Shown here: positions 50,973-60,499 of the stretch, piece by piece
How the letters are laid out: the number at the start of each line of letters is the position of its first letter
Position numbering within the stretch: the stretch's first letter is position 1
Source: Desulfovibrio sp.
Lineage (GTDB): Bacteria; Desulfobacterota; Desulfovibrionia; Desulfovibrionales; Desulfovibrionaceae
Reading direction: 5' to 3'
DNA length: 64,000 nucleotides
Assembly (NCBI RefSeq): GCF_035644575.1
Contig: NZ_DASQOG010000210.1
Coordinates: 10,363-74,362, forward strand
The notes under the pieces: model-generated
The model's input: the letters and a program-made list of their open reading frames with translations, nothing else
Database searches by the model: none
Told to the model about the DNA's origin: nothing
Program-made: the position numbers and the translations under genes

Positions 50973-51863
50973 TTACTGTGTATTGAGAGCGCGGTCTTTT
51001 TTCGCGCACAAATCTACGGCAATCAGGGCCGCCCCCAGCGCGCCCACGGTCTGCGGGTCGTGGGGCACCTGAACGGGCAGGCCAAGTTCGTCTGAAAGAA
51101 TGGCGGCAAAGGCGGGGCTGGTTGCCAGACCGCCGGTGAAAACGCATTCCCCCTGCATGGGGATGCGCCGGGCAAGGGCGCACATTCTGCGGGCAATGGC
51201 GCGGAAGACCCCTGCTGCAATATCTTGCGGCGGTGTGCTGCGGGCCAGCAGACCCACAATTTCTGTTTCCGCAAACACGGCGCACATGCTTGAGATGGCC
51301 ACAGGCTTGCCAGTTGCGGCTGCCTTGCCCAGCTCGTCCAGCGGCATGTTCAAAATGCCCGAGAGCACCTGCAAAAAACGCCCGGTGCCTGCCGCGCACT
51401 TGTCGTTCATCAAAAAATCGCGCACTGCGCCCGGCTTGCTGGCGGATTTGACCGAAACCAGATTGCCCGTGCCGCTGGCCGCATCCAGATTGGCCGCCTC
51501 CGCTTCTCGCGGAATATCCAGACTTATCACCTTGCTGTCCTGCCCGCCGATATCGAGCACAAACCCTGCGCGGGGGAAAAGATGCGCAGCGCCCCGGGCG
51601 TGGCAACTGATCTCCGTAACCGTTTTGTCGGCAAAAGGCAGGGCAATGCGCCCGTAACCCGTAGCAGTGACATGCCTCAGATCGTTGCGCGCCATTGCGG
51701 CTGCCTCGCAGGCATTGTTGAGCGCAAATTCGCCCGCCTCGGCGGTATTCCAGCCTGTGGGCAGCACTGCCCGCCCGGCAATCTGCGAGCCGCCGTTGGG
51801 CAGCACCTCAAGCACAACGGCCTTTGCAGCTACAGAACCCACATCAATTCCAGCTACATACAT
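50973..51863 (-). CDS. ATP-dependent activase/reductase (BadF/HgdC ASKHA family)
   Basis: GIDVGS, ATGYGR, EISCHARG, LDIGGQDSK, MNDKCAAGTG and ISSMCAVFAE. Start placed at ATG 51863. Confidence 0.9.
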   Translation of the reverse strand: MYVAGIDVGSVAAKAVVLEVLPNGGSQIAGRAVLPTGWNTAEAGEFALNNACEAAAMARNDLRHVTATGYGRIALPFADKTVTEISCHARGAAHLFPRAGFVLDIGGQDSKVISLDIPREAEAANLDAASGTGNLVSVKSASKPGAVRDFLMNDKCAAGTGRFLQVLSGILNMPLDELGKAAATGKPVAISSMCAVFAETEIVGLLARSTPPQDIAAGVFRAIARRMCALARRIPMQGECVFTGGLATSPAFAAILSDELGLPVQVPHDPQTVGALGAALIAVDLCAKKDRALNTQ

Positions 51864-52529
51864 AGCGCATACTCCTGATCGTACCCTTTGTTGCGGTACA
51901 AAAACGCAAAACAAAACCCGCCACACAGCACAAGGCTGTGGAGCGGGCAATATGCCAAAAGCGCCAGCAGCGATGCGCTGCAAGGCGGTCAATAGAATGA
52001 AAAGCTTCGGCAACTAAACTGCTGGGGGAAACGCGGGGAGATATGGAAAAGGAGCAGAAGTACAGCAGGCAATGAAAAAGCCCCCGCTTCCCATCTAGAC
52101 TGTGGAATGGGGAAACAGGCTGGCGCTGACACGCCACCGCGAATGAGGGCCTCCAACCTGGAGGCGTTGATGCTGTCATGACCCGCCGCCCTTAAAGACA
52201 GGCAAGACACGACAAACCCTATAAAAAACCACAGGATACCTTGCTGTTGTAGATGCCGCCGACATGATTCGGCCCAAAGTTGTGTATCAAGTTAGCGTAA
52301 GGGCATCAGCTTGTCGATAGGGATGCACACGGCATTGAGTAATTGCACCACTGTCTGCTTTAGATTGCTGCAATCAAGGTATTCAGTGGGCCTCAGGCCG
52401 TAAGGGCAGCGCCGCGCTGGTGAAAAATCCGATTCGCACACAAGAAGAATTCTCTGAAGTTTTTTACACCACACATGTGAGCAAAACGCATCAGCAGGGG
52501 GCAAGACATCGTGAGATTATCTTTATATT

Positions 52530-53078
52530 TTAGTTAATTAAATTCCATTCATCTTCCAGCATCGCCATCAAAATATCATCCGCATACTTGCCATTAAACA
52601 TAATCGCATCGCGCCGGATGCCTTCTGTCTTGAATCCTGATTTTTCATACACACGCTGCGCCTGGGTATTATATGAAAATACATTCAGTTCAAGACGATG
52701 CATTTTTAATTCATCAAACACAAAACTACAAATTGACTGAACTGCCCACGTTCCAATTCCTCTTCCTCTATATGCATTTTGAAGAATAGCAATCCGAAAA
52801 TGGGCACTGCGAAGAACAGGATCAATCTCGCTCACAACGCATTCGCCAATAATACTATCCCCCGATATGATTAAGAATAAATACCTGTCTGCAGCGTCGA
52901 TGGATTTACTGAAAAAAGAAGTTACTTCTACTTTTGTGAAGCTCTCTTTACACCCTGTCATTCTTATAAGTTCTCTGTCCAGGGGATTGTAATTCTGTTC
53001 ATAGTAAGGTTCAGAATCTTCAATACGGGCAGACCGCAATAAAAACCCGTCTCTTTCCCATGCGATATTGGTAGTCAT
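52530..53078 (-). CDS. GNAT (RimJ/RimL-like) acetyltransferase
   Basis: YRGRGIGT, HRLEL.V..YN..A..VYEKSGF..EG motifs. Confidence 0.9.
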   Translation of the reverse strand: MTTNIAWERDGFLLRSARIEDSEPYYEQNYNPLDRELIRMTGCKESFTKVEVTSFFSKSIDAADRYLFLIISGDSIIGECVVSEIDPVLRSAHFRIAILQNAYRGRGIGTWAVQSICSFVFDELKMHRLELNVFSYNTQAQRVYEKSGFKTEGIRRDAIMFNGKYADDILMAMLEDEWNLIN

Positions 53079-53466
53079 TTTAGTCCGTTAACCTTGTAAA
53101 TCTCGCATTCAAATTGGTCATGCAAAAAATCCGGACAGAAAATTCCAGCCAGGCTTAGAGCATGGCAACACACTGATTACGTTAAAATAAACTTTCTGCC
53201 TGAGGCCGCCCCAGCACGATCAAACTTGGACAAAGTGCTTTCTCAATGCATTTTCCCGCCACGACAAATTACGTACTGGGAAGGACACACGGCTCTTATC
53301 TGGCCGCACGCTGGCCGTACCTTAAACATTATGCCGTGCTTTCAATAAAAAAATGCCTGTTTTTGCCCTGCGCTTCCTTGCTGTTTACCGCAGTATAAGC
53401 CTTGAACTTGCTTTCAGCACCAATAAAAATAAAGTTTATTGTAATTACAGATTGTATTATCTTAGT

Positions 53467-54969
53467 CTAATAATAAGAATCATCAATCTTCAGCATTTTT
53501 ATCCTGTAGCGCAATCCAGCTGGCGTAAGGTGCATCATCCGCGCAGCCTTGGCTACATTCCCGCCAGTAATTCGCAGCACATTATTAATGCATGAGGATT
53601 CATATGCATTCATGCATTCTTTAAGCGAAACAGATGCACCTCTTTGAATCATGCTATAGTCGTAATACGCTTCTTTATGGTTATTTTCGATAATTGAAGC
53701 TGCTTCCGTCAATTGCGCTACTGGTACGCCTGCTGGTTCATTACGGTCTTTTTTGTAGAACTCAAGAAAATGCTTCGGAAGCGAGTTGAGATCAATGGAA
53801 CGCTCTTCGTTCATCATTGCCAGGCTGCCCTCAATCACATGCTCCAGCTCCCTGACGTTACCAGGCCAGTGGTATTCCATGAACATGTGCATGGCCTCGC
53901 TGGAAATGCTGACAGGATTGCCGCCCTCCGCGTTAGCCACAACAGCTTTAACAAGATGAGGGATATCCTCCCGCCGCTCGCGCAATGGCGGTACTGCCAA
54001 GCTTACCACCGCAAGTCGGTAAAAAAAGTCCCTTCGCAGCACGCCGCTCTGCACCGCCTCAAGCGGATGCTGATTGAGAATGCTGATAATCCGTACATCT
54101 ACAGGTATTTCGTCATGCGATCCAAGTCGTCTGACGCGCTTTTCCTGTAAAACGCGCAGCAACTTGGCTTGCAGGCCAAGCGGCATGGAGTTGAGCTCGT
54201 CCAGCAGGATGGTGCCGTGGTTGGCTTCTTCAAAAAGACCGGGCTTATCTGAAGCATCGGTATAGGTGCCCTTGGTGGTGCCAAACAGGATGCTTTCAAG
54301 CAGGGTTTCTGGAATGGCAGCGCAGTTTACGGGCACAAAGGGAAAGGCCACCCGGTTGCTTGCAGCGTGTATGGCCTGAGCAAAAACCTCTTTACCTGTG
54401 CCGCTTTCCCCCCAGATCATGATGGGCGAGCTTGAGTTGGCTGCTGCGCGCGCGGCCTCAATCACCGCCACAAGAGCCTGATCCTTACCAACAAGATCGT
54501 TGAATGAATACAACGTCTGCGGCTTGGTACAGCCCCGCCCTTCACTTTTGCGTATGCCAAGTTTACCGAGGATGTCTTCCCCAAGCCAGCTTGTAAACGC
54601 AATAACGCCATCTTTAACACCGCTGTCAAACAGTGCAAAGAAATCCGTGACCGTACGGGTCATAAAATTGTTTGTAGTCTTATAGGTATACACCCGCCTT
54701 AAGATGGGCTTTCCCTTTTGAAGGCACTCGATTGTCGGTATGCACTTGATGTCGTGTGGAACATACAGATTGGTAATATGCTTACCAATAACCTGATCAA
54801 ATCCATCAATCCGCTGCTGAATCGGATTCATGTACCTGCATATTCCTTCTGCATCAACAACAGCAACGCCAATACCCATACCATCCCAAATAGCAAGCAT
54901 GGACGGATTGAGCACGCTTTCACGGCTTACGCTGGCGAATCTGCGTCGCAAGGTGGAATCATGTGCCAT
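53467..54969 (-). CDS. PAS-domain sigma-54 activator (RocR-like), divergent from the second GRE
   Basis: GESGTGKE, ESILFGTTKGTYTDA, LLDELN and WPGNVREL motifs. Confidence 0.9.
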   Translation of the reverse strand: MAHDSTLRRRFASVSRESVLNPSMLAIWDGMGIGVAVVDAEGICRYMNPIQQRIDGFDQVIGKHITNLYVPHDIKCIPTIECLQKGKPILRRVYTYKTTNNFMTRTVTDFFALFDSGVKDGVIAFTSWLGEDILGKLGIRKSEGRGCTKPQTLYSFNDLVGKDQALVAVIEAARAAANSSSPIMIWGESGTGKEVFAQAIHAASNRVAFPFVPVNCAAIPETLLESILFGTTKGTYTDASDKPGLFEEANHGTILLDELNSMPLGLQAKLLRVLQEKRVRRLGSHDEIPVDVRIISILNQHPLEAVQSGVLRRDFFYRLAVVSLAVPPLRERREDIPHLVKAVVANAEGGNPVSISSEAMHMFMEYHWPGNVRELEHVIEGSLAMMNEERSIDLNSLPKHFLEFYKKDRNEPAGVPVAQLTEAASIIENNHKEAYYDYSMIQRGASVSLKECMNAYESSCINNVLRITGGNVAKAARMMHLTPAGLRYRIKMLKIDDSYY

Positions 54970-55166
54970 TTTTCACATCCTTTTAGCCAAACAACCCTTT
55001 TGAGGGAGGCACCCGATATCATTTTGAGTTTCGAGTATCTGTTTTTTTAAAAAAAGACAAATTTCTTTCTTTTTATGAAATTTTCTTACGCTGTTCTGCG
55101 CGGCAACCCTGCCCAGAACTCGGTATGAGTCCGCTTTTTAGCGCTTTTGGCAATAAAACCAGAGCG

Positions 55167-55182
55167 TGGCACAGCTTGTGCT
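55167..55182 (+). promoter_or_regulatory. Sigma-54 promoter of the second GRE
   Basis: TGGCACAGCTTGTGCT. Confidence 0.7.
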
Positions 55183-55265
55183 TATCCCCACATAAACGCG
55201 TTGTTTTCTTACAAGCAAAAAACCTGCCTTTGCGTATGCAGGGCAAAACTAGTTAGGAGTATACA

Positions 55266-57713
55266 ATGCCTGTTGTTCCCTTTCAAAGCGGTGAAACAGC
55301 CGAGCCCAAGGGTTATGCGATCAACTGGAGCACTGCGGCAAGCCGCCTGACCGACCTTAAGGAATTTCTTCTCAATGCCCCGCAGGTCATGGACCCGGAA
55401 CGGCTGCAATTTCTTGATGAGGTTTATCAGGAGTTCAACGGCGAGCACACCTTCTACAAGCGGGCCAAGTTGCTCGAACGCGTGTTGCTCAAGAAGAAGA
55501 TATTCCTGGACGGAAACCCTATTGTGGGCACGCTGACGGGCACTCGCGCCGGTGTTTACGCTTATCCTGAATGGAACGTGGCCTGGATCAAGGAAGAAAT
55601 GCAGATGGCCAAAATGGCCTCGCTCGGCGAAATGAAGATCCCGCAGGAAACTCAGGAGCTGCTTGAAAAAACGTATAAATCTTGGCGCGGTCACACCTGC
55701 ATCGATATAAACAACAAGCTGTTCAAGGATAAGTACGGATTCAACCCAGCGCCGTACTCCAAAGCTGGAGTGTACTATGACAACGTGAGCGTCGCCAGCG
55801 GGTCAGGCATTGCCGATTACCCCCTGGCGCTGAACAAGGGCATGCGCTGGGTCATTGATGACCTGAAGCAGCGCCTGCTTGACTGCCCCACCACGCTTGA
55901 GCGCACCAACCAGACAGAGCTGTACCGCTCCATGATTGTTGCCTGCGAAGCGGTCATCGCCCATTCCCACAGATATGCCGATCTGGCCGAGCAAACGGCG
56001 CAAACTGAGACGGATGCCGCCAACAAGGCAGAGCTGCTCGAAATCGCCGAGATTTGCCGCCGAGTCCCTGAATTTCCGGCCCGCAACTTCCGTGAAGCCA
56101 TACAGTCCTTCTGGTTCATCCATCTTTGCATTGAAACGGAGCAGATGGCCTGCGCCTGCTCACCCGGCCGCTACGGCCAGTACATGTACCCCTTCTACAA
56201 AAAGGACATTGAAGAAGGCAACATGAGCCGCGAGCAGGTGCTCGCTCTGCTCAAATTCCAGTGGATAAAGCACCTGGAACTGGCCGAATATCAGGGCGGC
56301 TCCTACGCCATGACCCTCTCTGGTCACACGGGCCAGAGCATTACCATTGGCGGGTTTGACAAGGACGGCAACGATGCCAGCACGGAGCTTGAAGAACTGC
56401 TGCTGGAAACGCAGATCCAGATGAAAAACATCCAGCCGACCCTGACCCTGCTCTACCACCCCAAGCTTAAAGATTCTTACATGCACAAGGTGGTGGAATG
56501 CATTCGTGGTGGATCCGGCCAACCGCAGATTTTGAACAACAATGTTGTTATTCAACGCACCATGAACCGCTTTGGTCAATACAAAGGCGGCATCACCCTG
56601 GAAGATGCGCGCAACGTGGGCAACTACGGCTGCGTTTCTACAGGTGTTTGCGGCAAGGGCAGCTTTATTACCCAGGAAGATCAGCCATGCCTTGCCAAGG
56701 TTGTGGAACTTCTGCTCAACAATGGCAAAGATCCGCAAACCAAAAAGCAGTTGGGCGTCGAAACTGGTGACCCCGTCGAATTCAAGAGCTTTGAGGAAGT
56801 TTACGATGCCTACAAGGCGCAACTCAAGCAGGTGTTCACTGTTTCGCGCCACCATTCTGATCTGAGCCAGATGGCGCGGCTTGAAGTGGTGCCGAGCATC
56901 TTCCGTTCCGTCATGTATGATGGCTGCATCGACAAGGGAATGTGCGAAGAAGAAGGCGGCACCCGCTACCCGCAGGTCAACCCCATCATGACCGCAGGCA
57001 TTGACGCGGCCAACTCGCTTCTCGCCATTCGGCATCTGGTGTTTGAAACCAAGTCCGTAACCATGGAAAAACTGCTGGAGGCTATTAAAGCCAACTTTGA
57101 AGGATATGAAGACATCCGGAAAATGTGCTTTAATGCGCCCAAACACGGGAATGACTATCCCGATGTGGAAGCCTTCGTGCAGCGCTTCTATCGCGACGTG
57201 GACACCATCCACGGCTCCATCGGCCCGGATTGCTTTGGCTACCGCACCCCGCTGGATGCCTATTCGCTTTCCTACCACAACTACTTTGGCGCGCTCATGG
57301 GCGCTCTGCCGAATGGCCGCAAAGCCGGTGTCGCTCTCACAGACGGCAGCGTTTCGGCCACACCGGGCACGGACCATGAAGGCATCACGGCACTTATCAA
57401 GGCTGGCGCGCAGGCTATCGACACCGTGCGGTATGGCGCAAACCACTTCAACGTCAAGCTCACGCCTGCTGCCCTGGCTGGCCCCGCAGGCGAAAGGCTG
57501 CTTGTTTCACTCATAAAGACCTATTGCGACTTTGATGGTTCGCACATCCAGTTCAACTGCGTTTCCTCCGAAACGCTCAAAGACGCGCAGAAAAAGCCGG
57601 AGGATTACCGCAATCTGGTGGTTCGCGTGGCGGGCTTCAGCGCGTATTTCACCCGGCTGGACAAAGGCGTTCAGAACGAAATCGTCAAGCGCACGGAATA
57701 TAATAACTTTTAA
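55266..57713 (+). CDS. Glycyl radical enzyme of unassigned specificity
   Basis: C-terminal LVVRVAGFSAYF glycyl loop; Cys loop NYGCVSTG with no Glu after the Cys. Confidence 0.88.
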   Translation: MPVVPFQSGETAEPKGYAINWSTAASRLTDLKEFLLNAPQVMDPERLQFLDEVYQEFNGEHTFYKRAKLLERVLLKKKIFLDGNPIVGTLTGTRAGVYAYPEWNVAWIKEEMQMAKMASLGEMKIPQETQELLEKTYKSWRGHTCIDINNKLFKDKYGFNPAPYSKAGVYYDNVSVASGSGIADYPLALNKGMRWVIDDLKQRLLDCPTTLERTNQTELYRSMIVACEAVIAHSHRYADLAEQTAQTETDAANKAELLEIAEICRRVPEFPARNFREAIQSFWFIHLCIETEQMACACSPGRYGQYMYPFYKKDIEEGNMSREQVLALLKFQWIKHLELAEYQGGSYAMTLSGHTGQSITIGGFDKDGNDASTELEELLLETQIQMKNIQPTLTLLYHPKLKDSYMHKVVECIRGGSGQPQILNNNVVIQRTMNRFGQYKGGITLEDARNVGNYGCVSTGVCGKGSFITQEDQPCLAKVVELLLNNGKDPQTKKQLGVETGDPVEFKSFEEVYDAYKAQLKQVFTVSRHHSDLSQMARLEVVPSIFRSVMYDGCIDKGMCEEEGGTRYPQVNPIMTAGIDAANSLLAIRHLVFETKSVTMEKLLEAIKANFEGYEDIRKMCFNAPKHGNDYPDVEAFVQRFYRDVDTIHGSIGPDCFGYRTPLDAYSLSYHNYFGALMGALPNGRKAGVALTDGSVSATPGTDHEGITALIKAGAQAIDTVRYGANHFNVKLTPAALAGPAGERLLVSLIKTYCDFDGSHIQFNCVSSETLKDAQKKPEDYRNLVVRVAGFSAYFTRLDKGVQNEIVKRTEYNNF

Positions 57714-57788
57714 TCTCTCCTCCATACGAGGCCGGGGGGATATTGCCGCCCCCCCGGCCTCCCGCTGCGTGGAGGTTCAGGTGCAGCC

Positions 57789-58685
57789 ATGAGCCAAGGA
57801 ATGATTTATAACATCCAGCGTATGTCCATTCAGGACGGGCCGGGGATACGCACCACCGTTTTCCTCAAAGGTTGCCCGCTGCGATGTTTATGGTGCAGCA
57901 ATCCTGAATCGCAGCAGGTTGCCCCGCAGCTTCTGGTTTTCAGCGACCTTTGCACAGGGTGCGGTGCCTGCCTGGCCGCCTGCCCCTGTGGGGCGGCAGA
58001 GCGCCTGGAAGACGGCAAATGTGGAAAAATCGCCGAAAAATGCACATCGTGCGCTGCCTGTGCGGCAGTTTGCCCTAGCAAGGCCAGAGAAATCAGCGGC
58101 AAGACAATGACGGTTGACGAGGTGATGGAGATTGTCCACAGGGATTCAGCTTTTTATGCGAATTCCGGCGGTGGAGTCACCTTTGGCGGCGGAGAACCAA
58201 CCATGGGCGGGGATTTTTTCATTGATCTGTTGCAAGCCGCCCACGATGACGCACTGCATACCGCAGTGGACACCTGCGGGTTCTGCCCTGAAGACCGCTT
58301 TGAAAAAACCCTGAAGCTTGCCGACCTGCTGCTGTTTGACTGCAAACACATGGATCCGGTGCAGCACAAAGAGCTTACAGGGCAGGACAACGCTCTTATT
58401 CTGAAAAATCTGCACTCTGCACTTCTCTCGGGTATCGAGGTGCGCATCCGTATGCCACTCATGCCAGGCTTAAATGACAGCGATGAGAATTTTGCAGCCA
58501 TGTCCAGCTTTTTGGGCAAATTCGGGCAACAGCATATAGAAGTCATGCCTTGCCACATGTTTGGCACCAGCAAATACAGGGCATTAAACAAGCCATTGCC
58601 GCCTGTGAGCCAATATACAGCGGATTCGCTCGAAAAAACGCTGCTCAGGATGAAAAGGCATGGCTTGAAATATACTATCATATAG
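57789..58685 (+). CDS. Glycyl-radical enzyme activating enzyme
   Basis: LKGCPLRCLWCSNPE plus two CxxCxxCxxxCP clusters. Confidence 0.92.
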   Translation: MSQGMIYNIQRMSIQDGPGIRTTVFLKGCPLRCLWCSNPESQQVAPQLLVFSDLCTGCGACLAACPCGAAERLEDGKCGKIAEKCTSCAACAAVCPSKAREISGKTMTVDEVMEIVHRDSAFYANSGGGVTFGGGEPTMGGDFFIDLLQAAHDDALHTAVDTCGFCPEDRFEKTLKLADLLLFDCKHMDPVQHKELTGQDNALILKNLHSALLSGIEVRIRMPLMPGLNDSDENFAAMSSFLGKFGQQHIEVMPCHMFGTSKYRALNKPLPPVSQYTADSLEKTLLRMKRHGLKYTII

Positions 58686-58693
58686 GAGGTAGA

Positions 58694-58981
58694 ATGTTCT
58701 CAGTGGCGATTGATGAAGCAATGCTGCAAAAGCTCAGCGACATGCTTCAGGACGAAGACGAAGGAACCTGCGTCAGGCTCAGGGAATATAAAGTCGGCGG
58801 AGGCTGACACTCAAAAATCGTACTCGGTCTGGGTATGGATGAGCCAGATGAAGATGAAGACGAACAGATTTCTGTAGGCAATGTGCCGTTTACGGCAGAA
58901 AAAGATTTTCTGCTCAAATACGGCAGGGCCTTCACACTTTCTTATGTTGAAGGTCAAGGGGTAGTCGTGGCTCCAGCATAA
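58694..58981 (+). CDS. HesB/ErpA-like Fe-S carrier selenoprotein (UGA at codon 38 read as Sec; 95 aa)
   Basis: RBS GGAGG and ATG 58694. The in-frame TGA at 58805 aligns with Cys38 of the paralog. The frame continues with paralog-like sequence to TAA at 58981. Confidence 0.85.
58808..58840 (+). promoter_or_regulatory. Bacterial SECIS element
   Basis: Hairpin GUACUC-GGUCU-GGGUAU. The loop starts after 18 nt following the UGA, the same loop and spacing as the E. coli fdhF SECIS. Confidence 0.8.
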
Positions 58982-59061
58982 TAATGCTCTGGGGCATCCT
59001 CCCGTGCCGATGCGCAAATCTTTCGTATAAGAAATAAAATCCGACACTGCGGAGGTTTCAC

Positions 59062-59355
59062 ATGTTTACAGTTACAATCGATGATGCAATGTTGCAAAAA
59101 CTGCGCACAATGCTGGAAGAAGAAGACGACGGCACTTGTGTACGGCTTCGGGAATACAAGGTTGGCGGCGGATGTCATTCCAAAATCACTCTTGGTCTTG
59201 GAATGGATGCACCAGACGCTGAAGAGGACGAGCAGACCCAAGTTCACGGCGTTCCTTTTGTGGCAGAAAAAGACTTTCTGCTGAAGCACGGCAACGCATT
59301 TTCCCTTTCTTTCAGCGAGGATAAGGGCGTGGTTGTTACGGCAACAGCGGAATAG
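59062..59355 (+). CDS. HesB/ErpA-like Fe-S carrier, Cys paralog
   Basis: CVRLREYKVGGGCHSKITLGLGMD; colinear with the upstream gene. Confidence 0.85.
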   Translation: MFTVTIDDAMLQKLRTMLEEEDDGTCVRLREYKVGGGCHSKITLGLGMDAPDAEEDEQTQVHGVPFVAEKDFLLKHGNAFSLSFSEDKGVVVTATAE

Positions 59356-59374
59356 CACTCCCGCCAATACGCCA

Positions 59375-59424
59375 TTTACGCCAAAAGCCCCGCTCCGTTT
59401 CTGGAGCGGGGCTTTTGGCGTAAA
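59375..59424. terminator. Bidirectional intrinsic terminator
   Basis: Perfect 22-bp inverted repeat with a 6-nt loop between convergent genes. Confidence 0.85.
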
Positions 59425-59480
59425 TTCGCCCGCACATCGATTGCATATTCCTGGAGAGCTGCACTCCCCTGGAAGTGCAA

Positions 59481-60386
59481 TCAATTCATTATTGATTGCC
59501 TGCCATTACTGGATGGTTTGTGTGACGAGGCAATCAAAAAAACAACGCTAATCAAAATACAAGATAATCCCAGCAGAGTTTGTTGGGTGCACGGTTCGTT
59601 AAGCACCATAAAACCAAGCACGGCAGCACCTATCGGTTCGGCCAGCCCCAAGGTGGAAGTCACAGCCGCAGAAGTGGTTTTCATGCCATACAGCACCAGG
59701 GTAAATGAGAGGCTGGTTGTCAAGGTGGCAAGATTTGCGGCGACCAAAACCCCGCGCTGCGTCAGGAGCCATCCAAGCGGCTGCATACAGAGCAGCGGCG
59801 CAAGACTCAGCCCCCCGAGCAGAAAGATGACCGTCATGATCTGCGATGGATCATGCCGTTGCAGCATCGGCTTGATGGTCACAAGGAACACAGCATAGCT
59901 GCATGCCGCAAGCACGGCCAATGCCAGCCCCGGTATACTGAACTGCACTTCGCTGCCTGTGCCCAGCGTCAGCACCGCAAGGCCGCACAAGGCCAAGACC
60001 GTGCCAACATACCAGGCTCTGGCAGGTTTCTCTTTCAAAAAAAACCACCCGAGAATTCCCACGACTATGGGGCAACCACCAATAGCAACCATTGTGCCTA
60101 CAGCCACGCCAATTTGCTTGCAGGCTTCAAAAAAAAAGAGCTGATAGCCAGTCAGCCCTGCGGCAGAAATAACGATATGCAATTTCGGCCAGCCAGCAGG
60201 CCGGGGGATGTTGCGTGAAATCAGCCCCCACAGCAAAAGCACCAGCCCCCCACCCAGAAGACGAATGGCGCCGACGGCGAGGGGCGTAACGCCATCCGGC
60301 GCAAGGGCCTGTGCCGTGCCGGAAGTGCTTGCGCAGAACGCGCCGCACAAAATAGCCAATGGAGCTTTAAGAGAATATAAAGACAT
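59481..60386 (-). CDS. EamA/DMT family transporter
   Basis: About 10 TM helices; GVAVGTM and LGLAEPIGAA motifs. Confidence 0.88.
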   Translation of the reverse strand: MSLYSLKAPLAILCGAFCASTSGTAQALAPDGVTPLAVGAIRLLGGGLVLLLWGLISRNIPRPAGWPKLHIVISAAGLTGYQLFFFEACKQIGVAVGTMVAIGGCPIVVGILGWFFLKEKPARAWYVGTVLALCGLAVLTLGTGSEVQFSIPGLALAVLAACSYAVFLVTIKPMLQRHDPSQIMTVIFLLGGLSLAPLLCMQPLGWLLTQRGVLVAANLATLTTSLSFTLVLYGMKTTSAAVTSTLGLAEPIGAAVLGFMVLNEPCTQQTLLGLSCILISVVFLIASSHKPSSNGRQSIMN

Positions 60387-60409
60387 TATCCTGTCTCCAT
60401 ATTTAAAGT

Positions 60410-60445
60410 AACGTACCCCTTGTCTGATTCGGCAAGGGGTACGTT
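60410..60445 (-). terminator. Hairpin downstream of the APC permease
   Basis: AACGTACCCCTTG / CAAGGGGTACGTT inverted repeat. Confidence 0.6.
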
Positions 60446-60499
60446 TTGCTTTTTTGATGGGACTATCCGACAGGTTTGATCCTGTGGCAGGCGTCAGGC

